Shown: positions 1 to 12,870 of the stretch, piece by piece | Position numbering within the stretch: position 1 is the first letter of the stretch | How the letters are laid out: each line of letters begins with the position of its first letter | Position numbers and translations under genes: made by a program | The notes under the pieces: model-generated | The model's input: only the letters and a program-made list of their open reading frames with translations | Databases searched by the model: none | Told to the model about the DNA's origin: nothing | Assembly (NCBI GenBank): GCA_002269645.1 | Contig: NIVC01000323.1 | Coordinates: forward strand, 62,001-126,000 | DNA from: Macrostomum lignano | Taxonomy: Eukaryota | Reading direction: 5' to 3' | DNA length: 64,000 nucleotides

Positions 1-1114
1 GCCTAAGATAATTTAGGTCTTATGAAACCGAACCCATCCAAAAATCCACATACATGTAGGACTTAACATTTGCTGTTTAGAAGTGGCTATATTTTCGAGT
101 CTTTTTTAGTCGTCCTTGGTAAAAACCTACCTGCCGGACAAGAAAATATGGTAGCTCGTATAAGCTATCGGTAGATACTCGTGCAGGCTTCGATTTTGTT
201 GAGCAGTTCCAGTCCAGTGATTCGAAACCTCAAGCCCCCCCCCCGCGGTTGAAGAGACATCGATCTAAAATGGCTACGGCTAATATCCCTGGATCAGCCA
301 AGTGGAAGGAAGCACTTGTGTCCGTTCCTTTTATGGCTAACTACCTGTGTAGCATGTGTTATATAACTAAAACTTTTAACTAAATCGTATAAGATGTTGA
401 GTAATAAATACACCGGTTGAAACTATTGGGCCCCTCTCCAGGGCTTCCAGGGAATCCAGGGCTTCCAAGGAATCTGGAACACAGTCAGCAGGGTCTAACT
501 GATTGAAACAGATCGAAGTACCCTTGAAGAGTCTCTGTCAAGCAGATCCGTGAAAAAACTTGAAAGAAAGAATTCGATGTTTTTTTCTGTCACTCCTTCA
601 GTCACGTGCTGTAAGGCTAATTGACATGCGGTAGCTTATTTATATTTCATGTTTTCAGTTAATCACCAGTGGAGCATGCACGCTGGCAGATGCCGAATTC
701 CCATTTTAGGCAGGCTTTTTTCTATAAATCCGAAACTCTTCTGCATGAAATTATCGAAATTATGTTTTTTTTCACTTCAACTCCGTCTCTTTTTATGAGT
801 AATTTCATCCCCGTGTAGTGATACTGCAGAGTTCAGTATTTGAGCAAACAGTGCTGGAAATCGGACGAAATTTCAAGGGTTCAATCAAGTACCTAAGATA
901 CTTATAGCCAATTGTACTCCACGAAAGAATAGGGGGAGGGGCGGTGTTTGAGTGCAGAAGACTCTTTTAAAACTGAAGTCTGAAGGATAGGTCTGAAGGA
1001 AGGATTAGAAGTGGGATTTTTTAAAATATGTTTTTTTCAGCGATGCCTTAAGATTTCCAGGTCTTCTGACAGTCCGGGGAGTCCATGGGATTCCAGGGAT
1101 AACATGGTTTACAA

Positions 1115-1529
1115 GGAATCCAGGGCTTCCAGGGAATCCAGGGCTTCCAGGGAATCCAGGGCTTCCAGGGAATCCAGGGCTTCCAGGGAATCCAGGGCTT
1201 CCAGGGAATCCAGGGCTTCCAGGGAATCCAGGGCTTCCAGGGAATGCAGGGCTTCCAGGGAATCCAGGGCTTCCAGGGAATCCAGGGCTTCCAGGGAATC
1301 CAGGGCTTCCAGGGAATCCAGGGCTTCCAGGGAATCCAGGGCTTCCAGGGAATCCAGGGCTTCCAGGGAATCCAGGGCTTCCAGGGAATCCAGGGCTTCC
1401 AGGGAATCCAGGCTTCCAGGGAATCCAGGGCTTCCAGGGAATCCAGGGCTTCCAGGGAATCCAGGGCTTCCAGGGAATCCAGGGCTTCCAGGGAATCCAG
1501 GGCTTCCAGGGAATCCAGGGCTTCCAAGG
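1115..1529. repeat. 18-bp minisatellite (CCAGGGAATCCAGGGCTT)n
   Basis: About 23 near-perfect tandem units built from two 9-bp subunits. A short 2-unit copy lies at about 437-475. Confidence 0.95.
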
Positions 1530-1918
1530 ATTTTCTATACTTCAATGAATTCCTAAAATTTTCCTGGTTTTCCAGGACTCCTTTCGATCCATTGTCGGAT
1601 GCTTACGTTAGCTTGAAATTCTTCTTTTATATCAAATTTGAAGGGAAAAGTTCTATGAAGTTGACCAGCGACTAGATTGGTTCTGTCACTTTCCTAGAGT
1701 GGTCGAGTTGAAATTGGGAGTTTAGCCTAATCAGGAAATATCGACAAGTTCATTGATTGAATGAACTCGAATTAACTTCTGCAAATGGATTCAGGACCTG
1801 TTAGGGTCACTTAGGGTCAGTCAGGAGTTTTCAGATTAGAAAAAATATTTTATACAAGAATTTTTGGATTTATTTTTTCGATTTTGGGTTACATTTCAAT
1901 GGGTTCGAGATGGCGAGG

Positions 1919-2520
1919 AAGATAGGGTAGGGAGTGAGAGGGAGATAGGGTAGGGAGTGAGAGGGAGATAGGGTAGGGAGTGAGAGGGAGATAGGGTAGG
2001 GAGTGAGAGGGAGATAGGGTAGGGAGTGAGAGGGAGTTAGGGTAGGGCGGCTGAGAGGGAGTTAGGGTAGGGGAGAGTGAGAGAGAGATAAGGTAGGGGC
2101 GAGAGGGAGGTAAGGTAGGCGGGAGGGAGATAGGTTATGTAGGCTGAAAGGGAGATAGGGTAGGGAGTGAGAGGGAGATAGGTTATGGAGGGTGAGAGGG
2201 AGATAGGGTAGGGCGGCTGAGAGGGAGATAGGGTAGGGAGGGTGAGAGGGAGATAGGGTAGGGAGGGTGAGAGGGAGATAGGGTAGGGCGGCTGAGAGGG
2301 AGATAGGGTAGGGAGGGTGAGAGGGAGATAGGGTAGGGAGTGAGAGGGAGATAGGGTAGGGAGTGAGAGGGAGATAGGGTAGGGAGTGAGAGGAAGATAG
2401 GGTAGGGATAATGAGAGGGAGATAGGGTAGGGAGAGTGAAAGGGAGATAGGGTAGGGAGAGTGAGAGGGAGATAGGGTAAGGCGGCTGAGAGGGAGATAG
2501 GGTAGGGGTGAGAGGGAGAT
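1919..2520. repeat. 23-bp purine-rich minisatellite (GAGGGAGATAGGGTAGGGAGTGA)n
   Basis: Tandem units are directly visible; G-rich on +. Confidence 0.93.
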
Positions 2521-4704
2521 ACACGCAGGATCAGTAAGGTTGAAATTGAGACCGAGGAGGGTAAGTAAGAGAAGATGGCGGTGATCTGAATGCGAAGTGT
2601 TTCAGAACTCATTATAAAGGTGGCACGGGCCGTGTAGTTAATTAGCCATGGCCTCCAATTCATCAAATTGCCGGCATCGCCCCGCGGGACACCTGCGGGC
2701 GACACGTCAGTCGCGATCCGGCAATTGGCATGAGGGAAATTATTCTCTTCCTGTCTTGACTTGGCATCTCGCAATTCGAAGGTTGATTAATTGATCTGAA
2801 GCTTTGCTGATTTTTAATTTGTTCATTTCTCGTGGCTGTGGCTTTTGACTGGATACAGTATTGTACAAGGAGACCTTCCGGAACAAAATGGGGTGTTTTT
2901 TCTAAGAATCGGCACTAGGCTGTTGCATGGGTGATTTTTACAAAACCGAGCTGAAGTGTCAGAAGACTATCTAAACAGGTATAAAATTTGGGCTACATGA
3001 TTAGATCTCTAATCTGTAGTTAAATCATCTAAAAAGCTGTTTATGCAGCGCTTAAGACACTGCGCACTTGTGATACTGCGCGTTTATGTGGGAAATCTGT
3101 TCCCACATACCGGTAGACGATAGAAAATGTGAATAAACACAAATTAGACACATCATATTACTTCCAATGAGTCACTGCGTGCAAACTGTACAAATAGAAT
3201 TTTGCGAGCCTTCGGAAATAATTTGGCAACCTATTTGGTTACCTATAAGAAATCGAGCATGACGAAAATATTGATCGTCTGTGTGAAGCCTTAGATTCTT
3301 TGTCTTTCTTTCGCCGTATCATTTTCGCTTCGGCAGTCAAAGTGGAGCGTTGTCAATAGTGACTGAGCATTGTGCACAGTTTATCATATATTTATCTCCA
3401 TTTGCTAGCAGTGCTGTGATGTCACTATTATGGATGAGAGTTTAGAGAGAGAGATCAGAGTAATGGAGTGAAAAGGGGGATGTATGTATGGATTGATTGG
3501 GAAGATAATTTAGAGAAGAGAGAAGGAGAAGGGGCGAAAGAGAAAAGAAAAGTAGAGGGGAAGAGAATGAGAGAGAGGGAGAGAGAGAGGGAGAGAGAAG
3601 GAGAGAGGGGGGAGAGTGAGAGGGAGAGAAAGAGAGGGGCATGGAGGGAAAGAGGGGGGAGAATGGAAAAGAAAGTGAAATATTGACTACGCGAATACCC
3701 CCATTGTAAAACAATTTAAAAAGCTTTAAACACACACTCAGTAATTTTGATTACGAAACCAAATGCATGGTGAATTGAATTAAATTGAAATTGAATGGCG
3801 AATGTTTGAACAAAGACACAAAAAGCAGTGATTAATTGTCATACTGAGGTTTCATTTCATCAACAAGAATAGATCCTGCTCGTATTTATAGGTCAGCAAG
3901 GCATGAGTCATTTTCAGTTTTGCGAGATCCATAGCCATAAAAAACTCAACTTTGGATAGAACCCATTGTTGTGGCGACGGTATGTGGGCATTCACTCACC
4001 CACTCCAATCACTATATACATTTAACTATAAAATAGTGTTCTGTGTTGATGTGCAGCGGTTCATTCAACCGCCAAAAAACTCGTTCTACAGATTATACAG
4101 ATTTCATGCAGTCTCTATAAAGAAGAACCATCTTACTTTCAGACTAAAAACTTCATTCGCGAAACGTCAAAACTGGTCTGCGCAAAAGAAGTTATAAAAA
4201 GAAAAGTATAAAGCTTTGATTGCAAGTTCAGGTGATAAAAAAGTAGAATAAGAAGACTTGAAATTGTGCGTAGCTGGTCTGCTTTCTAGAACGTACCGCA
4301 ATTGCATTGTGCGCTGGTCGCTGGACTGCACATCCTGTCTGTGTATTTCCTGTCTCAACTTGTCTGCATGGGACTGAAAAAATATTATTAATAATTGTTG
4401 TTTTGGTTTATGACTCATTTTGCGATTGAAATCGCTTTTTGTTGCAGTTTTGCAATCAGTTTGAGCTGCCGGAGTAGGTTGAGATGCGGGTTCTCAATCG
4501 AGTTAGTTGGGCTGTGTGGGCTTACGTCGATTAATCTGTGGAAATGTTTTTTTCTTAAATTGAATTGGCTCAGCTCTTTAACTGTTTTGTTGAACTATAG
4601 GCCTATAAAATTGCTGGGTGTTATGTTCCGATTTTATTGATGGGTGAGTCTAGGGAATCATGATGAAGACAAGTATGAAATCATGGGGTTCCTGTGAGTG
4701 TAAA

Positions 4705-5190
4705 TGTGTGCTAAGGGGTTCCTGGGAGGGTACAAGTGTGCTATGGGGTTCCTGTGAGGGTAAGTGTGCAAAGGGGTTCCTGGGAGGGTACAAGTGTGCT
4801 ATGGGGTTCATGGGAGGGTACAGGTGAGCTATGCCTGTTCGTGGAAGGGTACAGGTGTGCTATGGGGGTTTTAGGAGGGTACAGGTGTGCTATGGGGTTC
4901 CTGGGAGGGTACAGGTGTGCTATGGGGTTCCTGGGAGGGTACAGGTGTGCTATTACGGTTCCTGGGAGGGTACAGGTGTGCTATGGGGTTCCTGGGAGGG
5001 TACAGGTGTGCTATGGGGTTCCTGGGAGGGTACAGGTGTGCTATGGGGTTCCTGGAAGGGTACAGGTGTGCTTTGGGGTTCCTGGAAGGGTACAGGTGTG
5101 CTTTGGGGTTCCTGGGAGGGTACAGGTGTGCTTTGGGGTTCCTGGGAGGGTACAGGTGTGCTTTGGGGTTCCTGGGAGGGTACAGGTGTG
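4705..5190. repeat. 30-bp minisatellite (GGTACAGGTGTGCTATGGGGTTCCTGGGAG)n
   Basis: Tandem units visible, degenerate at both edges. Confidence 0.93.
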
Positions 5191-5734
5191 CTGTAGCAGC
5201 TCCTAAGAGGGTACCAGGGTGCTAAAGGTGCACTATAGGCAGAGCTAGATGTCGCATACATTTTTTCGTATGCAAGGTTGTGCTTACGTCTTAAAAAATG
5301 CTTATATGAAAAAAACAGTTTTTGTTTTCCCCCTCGCCCAAGCTGAATGTTAGAATACCGAATCTGCAGAATATAGGAGAGATTGTCACCCGTTTTTCTC
5401 GCCTTTCAAACCCATCAATTCGCTCAATTGATCGAGTCTCTACAAGCATGAAAATGGGAAACTGCTTGACTTCCTGTTGGAAGAGCTGGGAGCAATGAGT
5501 GGCAGGAACGATGACTGGAATCCCTTTTTTGCGCATCTCTACCGCAGTGCAAGAATCTTTTAAATGCAACTCTTGCGTGCCCCAAGCGAGATGTTTTATT
5601 TTGTCCGTGTTGTCATCATCATCATTGTTTTTCTGCTCAATTGTTCTCACCAAATAACAGCGGAGAGGAAGCTAATATAACAAAGCCATTTCCTAGAATT
5701 TCTGTTGCTATGAATGGTGAGGTTTTTTGCGCTT

Positions 5735-6232
5735 TAGATTCTACATTGCCTGTTGTAGCTAATGCTCTGTTACACAGGGGATTCTACATTTGCCTGTTGT
5801 AGCTAATGGTCTGTTACACAGGGGATTCTACATTGCCTGTTGTAGCTAATGGTCTGTTACACAGGGGATTCTACATTGCCTGTTGTAGCTAATGGTCTGT
5901 TACACAGGGGATTCTACATTGCCTGTTGTTGCTAATGCTCTGTTACACAGGCGATTCTACATTGCCTGTTGTAGCTAATGCTCTGTTACACAGGGGATTC
6001 TACATTGCCTGTTGTAGCTAATGCTCTGTTACACAGGGGATTCTACATTGCCTGTTGTAGCTAATGCTCTGTTACACAGGGGATTCTACATTGCCTGTTG
6101 TAGCTAATGGTCTGTTACACAGGGGATTCTACATTGCCTGTTGTAGCTAATGGTCTGTTACACAGGGGATTCTACATTGCCTGTTAGCTAATGCTCTGTT
6201 ACACAGGTGATTCTACATTGCCTGTTGTAGCT
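5735..6232. repeat. 43-bp minisatellite (CTACATTGCCTGTTGTAGCTAATGGTCTGTTACACAGGGGATT)n
   Basis: About 11 tandem units visible. Confidence 0.93.
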
Positions 6233-6233
6233 G

Positions 6234-6626
6234 TCAGCTGATGTTCTGATTCTCAGAGGATCCTTCATTGCTAACATCCTCTGTTAGTGTGGGTGCCAAA
6301 CGGATTCTTCGAAAGCATAATTTGACATCAAATTGTTTTATAGATCCGCAGATTCCCCAATTATCAGCATGATGAAATCGTTCCCCCTTCATCATCGATT
6401 GATGACTCAATTCAAGTGTCAGTTTAAATTTGCATCCATATAAGCTTCCAGGAGGTCTGCAGCACAATGCAGCGCATTCATGCAGACTCCTTTCTCTGCA
6501 GATATCTTCGTAGAATCTAGCAAAAGTCGAATTCCAATCTGAAATCACGTATTCGTATTTGTTGTGCGCGCATTGCAGATTATGTGCCATGCAACCCAAT
6601 TGGGAACACGGAGCCGTCAAACTCAA
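6234..6626 (-). pseudogene. Possible degenerate hAT transposase fragment
   Basis: GCMAHNLQ resembles the hAT CxxH motif (CxAHxLN/Q), and downstream DWNSTF resembles RWNST. No TIRs were found. Confidence 0.35.
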
Positions 6627-8534
6627 TTAGAGAACCGCTGATTTCGGAGTGTGCACAGGCCTTTGGGCTAGAGAGAATTTTCATATCGATTATCTATTGT
6701 ATACAAAGCGGTTTTCAAAGGAAACAGAGGATCATGTTTTGACGGGGACCAAGATTTGGAAGAAATGGCGATAGCTGTAAAATCGATTGTTATAAACTGC
6801 TTTGTATGAATTTTCGTGTATTAGGATCGGGGCACCCAAGCATCTCGTACACGTGCTTCAGTATTGAAATGATAATCTACACTACATGTACGAGCGTACA
6901 TCACACAGTAGCTCGTATAGTAGCTGTATGAATACGCTCAAAACTGCACGTTACAGAAGTCTTGCGTTTTATCATTGGTGACATAAAGCATAATAACTAT
7001 CAGATATATATATTAAGATAATAACTATCCAACATGTTTTGTCTATTTTGATTTAACTACACGTAAAAAACGAATTGATTACTGTTAGTAGCACGCTTAA
7101 TAAGTCCTTCCTTTAAAATATTTAGGAGCCCTAAAACTAACGTGTATGCTTATTTCGATGCAAAAGCACTGTCCAGTGTTTATTTTTTGAATTTTTTGAA
7201 CAAAAAGTAAATTTCTGATGATTCAGGATTGCTGACTATTCTTAAAGTTTTAATGTTATTCTTTGTTTTACGTGGCATTCTAGCAAGTAAATATTAAATT
7301 AAACAAACGTACATTTACACTTTCTTCGAATCAAATTCTCAATCTAAGAATGATGATGGAGTTTGCAAAAAGATGGCCTAGGCCTATCTGTACAGTACTG
7401 GGTTATGTACGAAGTTGCGAACAAGAGGTCAGTACAGATACAGCCTTAGATGTAATTTAGCCGGCACCCATATAGACGGCCATGCCCATAACCAATAGCC
7501 ATTATGATTATGACAAACGATCGAATTCATTTATTCATTATTCTACTACTACTGCTACTACTACTACTAGCCATTAAATTATTAGGCCTAGCCGCCTACC
7601 GCCTTCCCGCCTACTAGGTGTATGGCTAATTTACACGGTAGTGCATTGTATTGTAGTACTGTATTGTAGCAGTGCAAGTGTGCAACTCAAGACTAACTAG
7701 GGCTACTAACCAACGCAACTGTAACTGTCTATTTAGAAGAAATATTTTTGCTATTTTTGCTATAGCCAGTGTCTGCAATTTATTTTTCTTTATGTATTTG
7801 TAGGCCTAGTAGATAGGCCTAATTCTGAATTGTTAGAACAAAAGTGGTTTCTTAACTGGGGGAAACAAAGCAAACCTAGGCCTAAAAAGTAAATAATTAG
7901 GCATATTGGAATTTTGTTAAACTTTCACATTTGCAAAACAAAAAAGTTGGTTAAGTTAAAAATAAAAAATAGGTTGTTTATATCATAATGACTTTAATAT
8001 ATATATAGAGTCTGATGGTCCATAGGTTGATGGTCCATAAGAAATATATATATTTGTTATTACAAATACAAAACCTAATCTTTTGTAAATGTTAACATTA
8101 TATTGTTTAACTTTAAAAAGCTTTTTTTAATAAAAAGATAACTATAGTTTGTCATTAACTTAATATTCTAATGCCAATAATTAGTAGAAGTCATAGATAT
8201 AATATAGGGACCCTTTTGAAATTTTAATTATCTTGTAGTACCATTCATTAAATTTTGTTCTCATTATTTAAGAAATAAGATTATTAGAGGTTCTAGAGAT
8301 ATTAGAGATATCAGATATTAGAGCATTTAAAGAATCCAAAAAGCTTATTAAAAAGCATTAAAAGAATTGAAATAAAAACAAAGCAATTTTGTTTTTTTTA
8401 AATATAGGTTTATATAAGATATCAAGAGTTTAGTTTTTGTATATCTCTATTTATTTATTATTATCTATTTATCTAGCATATGATTATCTAAAGGTTTTGT
8501 TATATTGCCTATTATTCTAACTGTAATCACTTTT

Positions 8535-8575
<41 letters not shown>

Positions 8576-9365
8576 AGGCATTGAATAAACATAGTTAAAT
8601 GATTTAATTGTCAACTATAAGTTACTAAAATAAAATAAAATTGCAATGCTATTCTAAACATTTTTGGCCTATAGTAACTGAAATATTCTTATAAATGATA
8701 GTCTTAACCATAACCATAGACAATTCCATAGTTTATACAAGTATTATAATAGTGATATAAGCAGCCCAAAAACTTGGAATTTTGTTAAAATTTCACATTT
8801 TCAAAACAAAAAAGTTAGTTAAGTAAAAAATGGCCTATATAAAACACTTTACAAGGATAAAAAGATAATATTTGTATATATTATATAATTGTCTCTGGTT
8901 AAAACTTGTTTAAGACTTTCAATTACTGAGGGTGAAAAATATTTTTAGAGTAGCATTGAAATTTATTTTTATTTTAGTAATTTATATTATATTTGATAAT
9001 TAAATTATTAAACTATGTTGATTTAATGATAGGCTAGCAAGAGCAATTTTTGGGTTGCTTATGAATTATTCATAAACCTATTAATTATCAACTTTATATC
9101 TTTAAGTGCTAATAATTAATTTATTAATTAAAAAAGTTATGAATGGTTTGTAGGATGGCTAAAATTCCAATTATGGGTGGCTTATTATCTATATATTATT
9201 AGTTATATATTCTATTTAAAGCCTTAAGCTTATATTATATAAAATGCATAAAATCTTTTTTTGGATTATGATTCCAGTTTTGCTAAGATCCTAGGCCTAC
9301 ATATATAAGATTTTAGTATATTGAGTCATTTTTCCACAACTCATTTAGTTCAAATGAATATGCTA

Positions 9366-9947
9366 TACACAGGTGTGCAGAGTAGGAATGCTTGGTTACT
9401 GGGGTGGAGCACAGGTGCGCCCAGGGTTGGAATGCTTGGTTACTGGGGTGGAGCACAGGTGTGCCCAGGGTTGGAATGCTTGGTTACTAGGGTGGAGCAC
9501 AGGTGTGCCCAGGGTTGGAATGCTTGGTTACTGGGGTGGAGCACAGGTGCGCCCAGGGTTGGAATGCTTGGTTACTGGGGTGGAGCACAGGTGTGCCCAG
9601 GGTTGGAATGCTTGGTTACTAGGGTGGAGCACAGGTGTGCCCAGGGTAAGAATGCTTAGTTACTGGGGTGGAGCACAGGTGCGCCCAGGGTCGAAATGCT
9701 AGGTTACTGGGATGGAGCACAGGTGTGCCCAGGGTTGAAATGCTAGGTTACTGGGGTGGAGCACAGGTGTGCCCAGGATTGGAATGCTTGGTTACTGGGG
9801 TGGAGCACAGGTGTGCCCAGGGTTGGAATGCTTGGTTACTAGGGTAGAGCACAGGTGTGCCCAGGGTTGGAATGCTTGGTTACTGGGGTAGAGCACAGGT
9901 GTGCCCAGGTTAGGAATGCTTGGTTACTGGGGTGGAGCACAGGTGTG
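9366..9947. repeat. 44-bp minisatellite (ACAGGTGTGCCCAGGGTTGGAATGCTTGGTTACTGGGGTGGAGC)n
   Basis: About 13 tandem units just upstream of the RNFT-like gene. Confidence 0.95.
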
Positions 9948-10068
9948 CTGCAATAGGCATGTGACATGTGTGTGGCTGACTTGATGGTCCATGACAAGCA
10001 AATCCCTTATCATGTGTCAAATTTCAGCAACTAAAAACATCCTGCAAACTGAAACACTCAGAGTCGCC

Positions 10069-11875
10069 ATGCCTCAAGCGCACCAGCAACAGCGCCGCCG
10101 CTCGCACCAGCATCAGCAGCAGCGTCACCAAGGCGCCTCAATGACAGCTAATCAGTTTTTCCAATCTGAGCATCAGCGCTCAGCCACCAATCCCGGATAT
10201 GCTGCCGACGATCTCGACAATAATAGTTCCAGCGATGATTCAGGACCAGGTGGAAACTGCGCTGCTGAAGCCGCCGCCAGCGGTGGTGGCGCATCGTCCA
10301 GTCACCGGTGCAGTCACGCGCATTCACATTCACACGGAGGCGGCAATGGCAATCCTCAGTTGCCAACTCAGCAGCAGGTGTCTCTGATGGGTGTAGCTTA
10401 TCAGTTATTACCTTTGGCGCCGTGTCTGATATTGGTTGTGCTCAAACTGCTGCAGTTCCACAGCACCGGTCTCATGATGTTCTGCGGCCTGTATGTCACC
10501 TATTTCTATGCCAATTCTCATCTGGTCACCTTGACAACTGCTGGTAGACGCGAGGCTCGAACTATTGTTAACCGAATTGGCGCTGCTTGGCTAGCGGTTG
10601 CTATGACAACCTGCGTTGCCGGGGTGTTGTATTATTATCGAGGTATGTCGCTGTGGCGATGTCTCTGCTGTCTGCCGCCTCTCATGCCTTCGGGCGGGCC
10701 AATCGACTTGTGGACTTTGACCTTTGTGCTCACCAGCACTGACCTGCTGCTCAAGATGGGAGTCATCGGCGTGAAGGTGCGAATGGCAGGGTCTCATTTA
10801 GGGTGGGCAGGAGGGTAGCAGCGGGTATCTAAGGCTACGGAAGAGGGTAGCAACGGGTATCTAAGGCTAGAGAGGAGGGTATCAACTGGTATCTAAGGCT
10901 AGAGAGGAGGGTATCAACTGGTATCTAAGGCTAGAGAGGAGGGTATCAACTGGTATCTAAGGCTAGAGAGGAGGGTATCAACTGGTATCTAAGGCTAGAG
11001 AGGAGGGTATCAACTGGTATCTAAGGCTAGGAAGGAGGGTATTAACTGGTATCTAAGGCTAGAAAGGAGGGTAACGACGGGTATCTAAGGCTAGAGAGGA
11101 GGGTAGCCACGGGTATCTGAGGGTAGGGACGAGGGTAGCAACGTGTATCTAAGTCTAAGGAGAAGGGTAGCAACGAAGGGTAGCCTCTGAGTTTGTGGAG
11201 AGTAGGAACCAGGTAATTATCTTTTTGTTGCTCCCATATACAATTTTGTATACAAAAAACCCCCCTCAGGCCGCAGTAGTCATGGCAACCACGGGCCCAG
11301 GCGTGTCCCGGCTTGGCCGCTGTCGGGTACTCATAGCCCTGGAGCGGTTCTACCATCTCTACCGCATGCTGCCCCCGGTGCTGCCTTGGCTCACTGTGCT
11401 GACTGACGGCTTTGCTGACAGCAGATTCTACTGCACCCTGCTGACTGTGCTGTACACCCTTTGCAAGCTCTGGCACTCCTGGCGGGTGCTGTCAGTCAGC
11501 CTGCCGCCGCTAAGGCTGGCTCTGTTCTCTAGGGATCTTGGCGTTATTGGAGGCCGAGTAAATCTGCAGCAACAGCAGCAGCAGACTCTGTCGGGTTCCT
11601 CGCAGCAGCTGGAAGGCTGCCCGCTGTGCCACGAGTCGCCGATGGAGCAGCCGGTGAGGCTGGCCTGCTGCACTCACGTGTTCTGCGAGGACTGCGTGCT
11701 GCGGTGGCTGAGCTGCGCTGGCACCGCCCGGGTTTGCCCTCTCTGCAGGGTCGGCTTCGCCACTCTGCCAGCCATGGCCGCCGCCGCCGCCGCCGCTGCC
11801 ACCAACGGCGACTCCGAGGCTGACCCGTTGAAGTACATGAACGGCAACACCTGCTTCGGGTTGCAGATGTACTGA
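10069..11875 (+). CDS. RNFT1/2: RING finger and transmembrane domain-containing protein (RNFT1/2-like E3 ligase); exons 10069-10776 and 11270-11875
   Basis: Low-complexity His/Gln N-terminus and several hydrophobic helices. C3HC4 RING: CPLCHES...LACCTHVFCEDCVLRW...CPLCR. C-terminal GNTCFGLQMY* is family-like. Phase-0 intron AAG|GTGCGA...CCTCAG|GCC keeps the frame. The start may instead be the upstream ATG at 9991. Confidence 0.85.
10812..11180. repeat. 32-bp intronic minisatellite (GGGTATCAACTGGTATCTAAGGCTAGAGAGGA)n
   Basis: Fills most of the RNFT-like intron. Confidence 0.9.
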
Positions 11876-12870
11876 TAGCTCTCTAGTAATTTATTTGCTG
11901 CGTTTTTTATTGTCTTGTCTTTCCGTTATTCAATATCTCTGCGTGTCTGTGCGAAGAAGCTCATTCTCTACTCTCATCCCCTCTCATCCCCTCATCCCCT
12001 CTCATCCCCTCTAGTCCCTCATCCCCTCATCCCCTCACATCCTCTCATCCCCTCTCATCCCCTCTCATCCCCTCTTATCCGCCAGTTGTGTCCAACTGTC
12101 TCGTTGTTGCTGATCAGCAGTCTGAGCGCATACAGAAAACGAATTTTAGTTCCTAAATATAAAAAACTCCAACACTGTGCTCATTCCCGCTTTGAAAAGT
12201 TATTTACGCTACATATCGGTATACTGTTTTAGTCCAGGCCACGCGCGCCAGTGCCTTGTGTGTGAATTTATTGTTCTAGGGTGTCACACAGATAGGGCCT
12301 TGATGTTCTTTTCCTGTCTCTAATGCCCATTGTATTGCTTTTACCCATATGCCTTGCACTTTAATTTGTGTAAATGATCATATTTGATTGCTGCTGTATG
12401 TTTGTGTTTTTCGTTTTCAAAACTCCTTGGATCAGCTACTGACGCTGCCTCTACTAAGTAGTTGGTTGCGCTGATTGTGCAAAATTTTATTTTGAAAACA
12501 AAAGTGAATGAATTTAAGTAAAAAATATAATATATTTCAGTTTTGAGAATCTGGCTGTCAATGATATAAAAATTTTGCTAAAGTCGGTTTAGTTTATTTT
12601 TTGTCGTATTTTCTAGAAGAAATTTTTAGCGTTAACAAGATTGTTGAAAGTACTAAATTTTATTTAGTAGCACTACTGCAAGTAGTTTAATATCTGGAAA
12701 AATCTACATTTTTCATTTGTAGACTTGGGCAGAATTGCCGTCAACGCTAGGGTTGAGGGACGAAGGCGACTACTACTATGAGTAGTTTAAATTTCTTTTT
12801 AATTCAAAACTTGATCGTTTAGCCCTACTATAAGTAGTTAAATATCACTATATATTGCATGTTAATTTAA

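Noticed and set aside
1011-1675. Collagen-like Gly-X-Y translations (GIQGFQ, GNPGLP) of the 18-bp array
   Set aside because: All frames are open simply because the unit lacks stops. There is no signal peptide, flanking coding sequence or convincing splice context.
5291-5653. Continuation of the hAT-like fragment (IVPATHCS resembling IPATS)
   Set aside because: A single weak motif with no other conserved dimerisation-domain residues.
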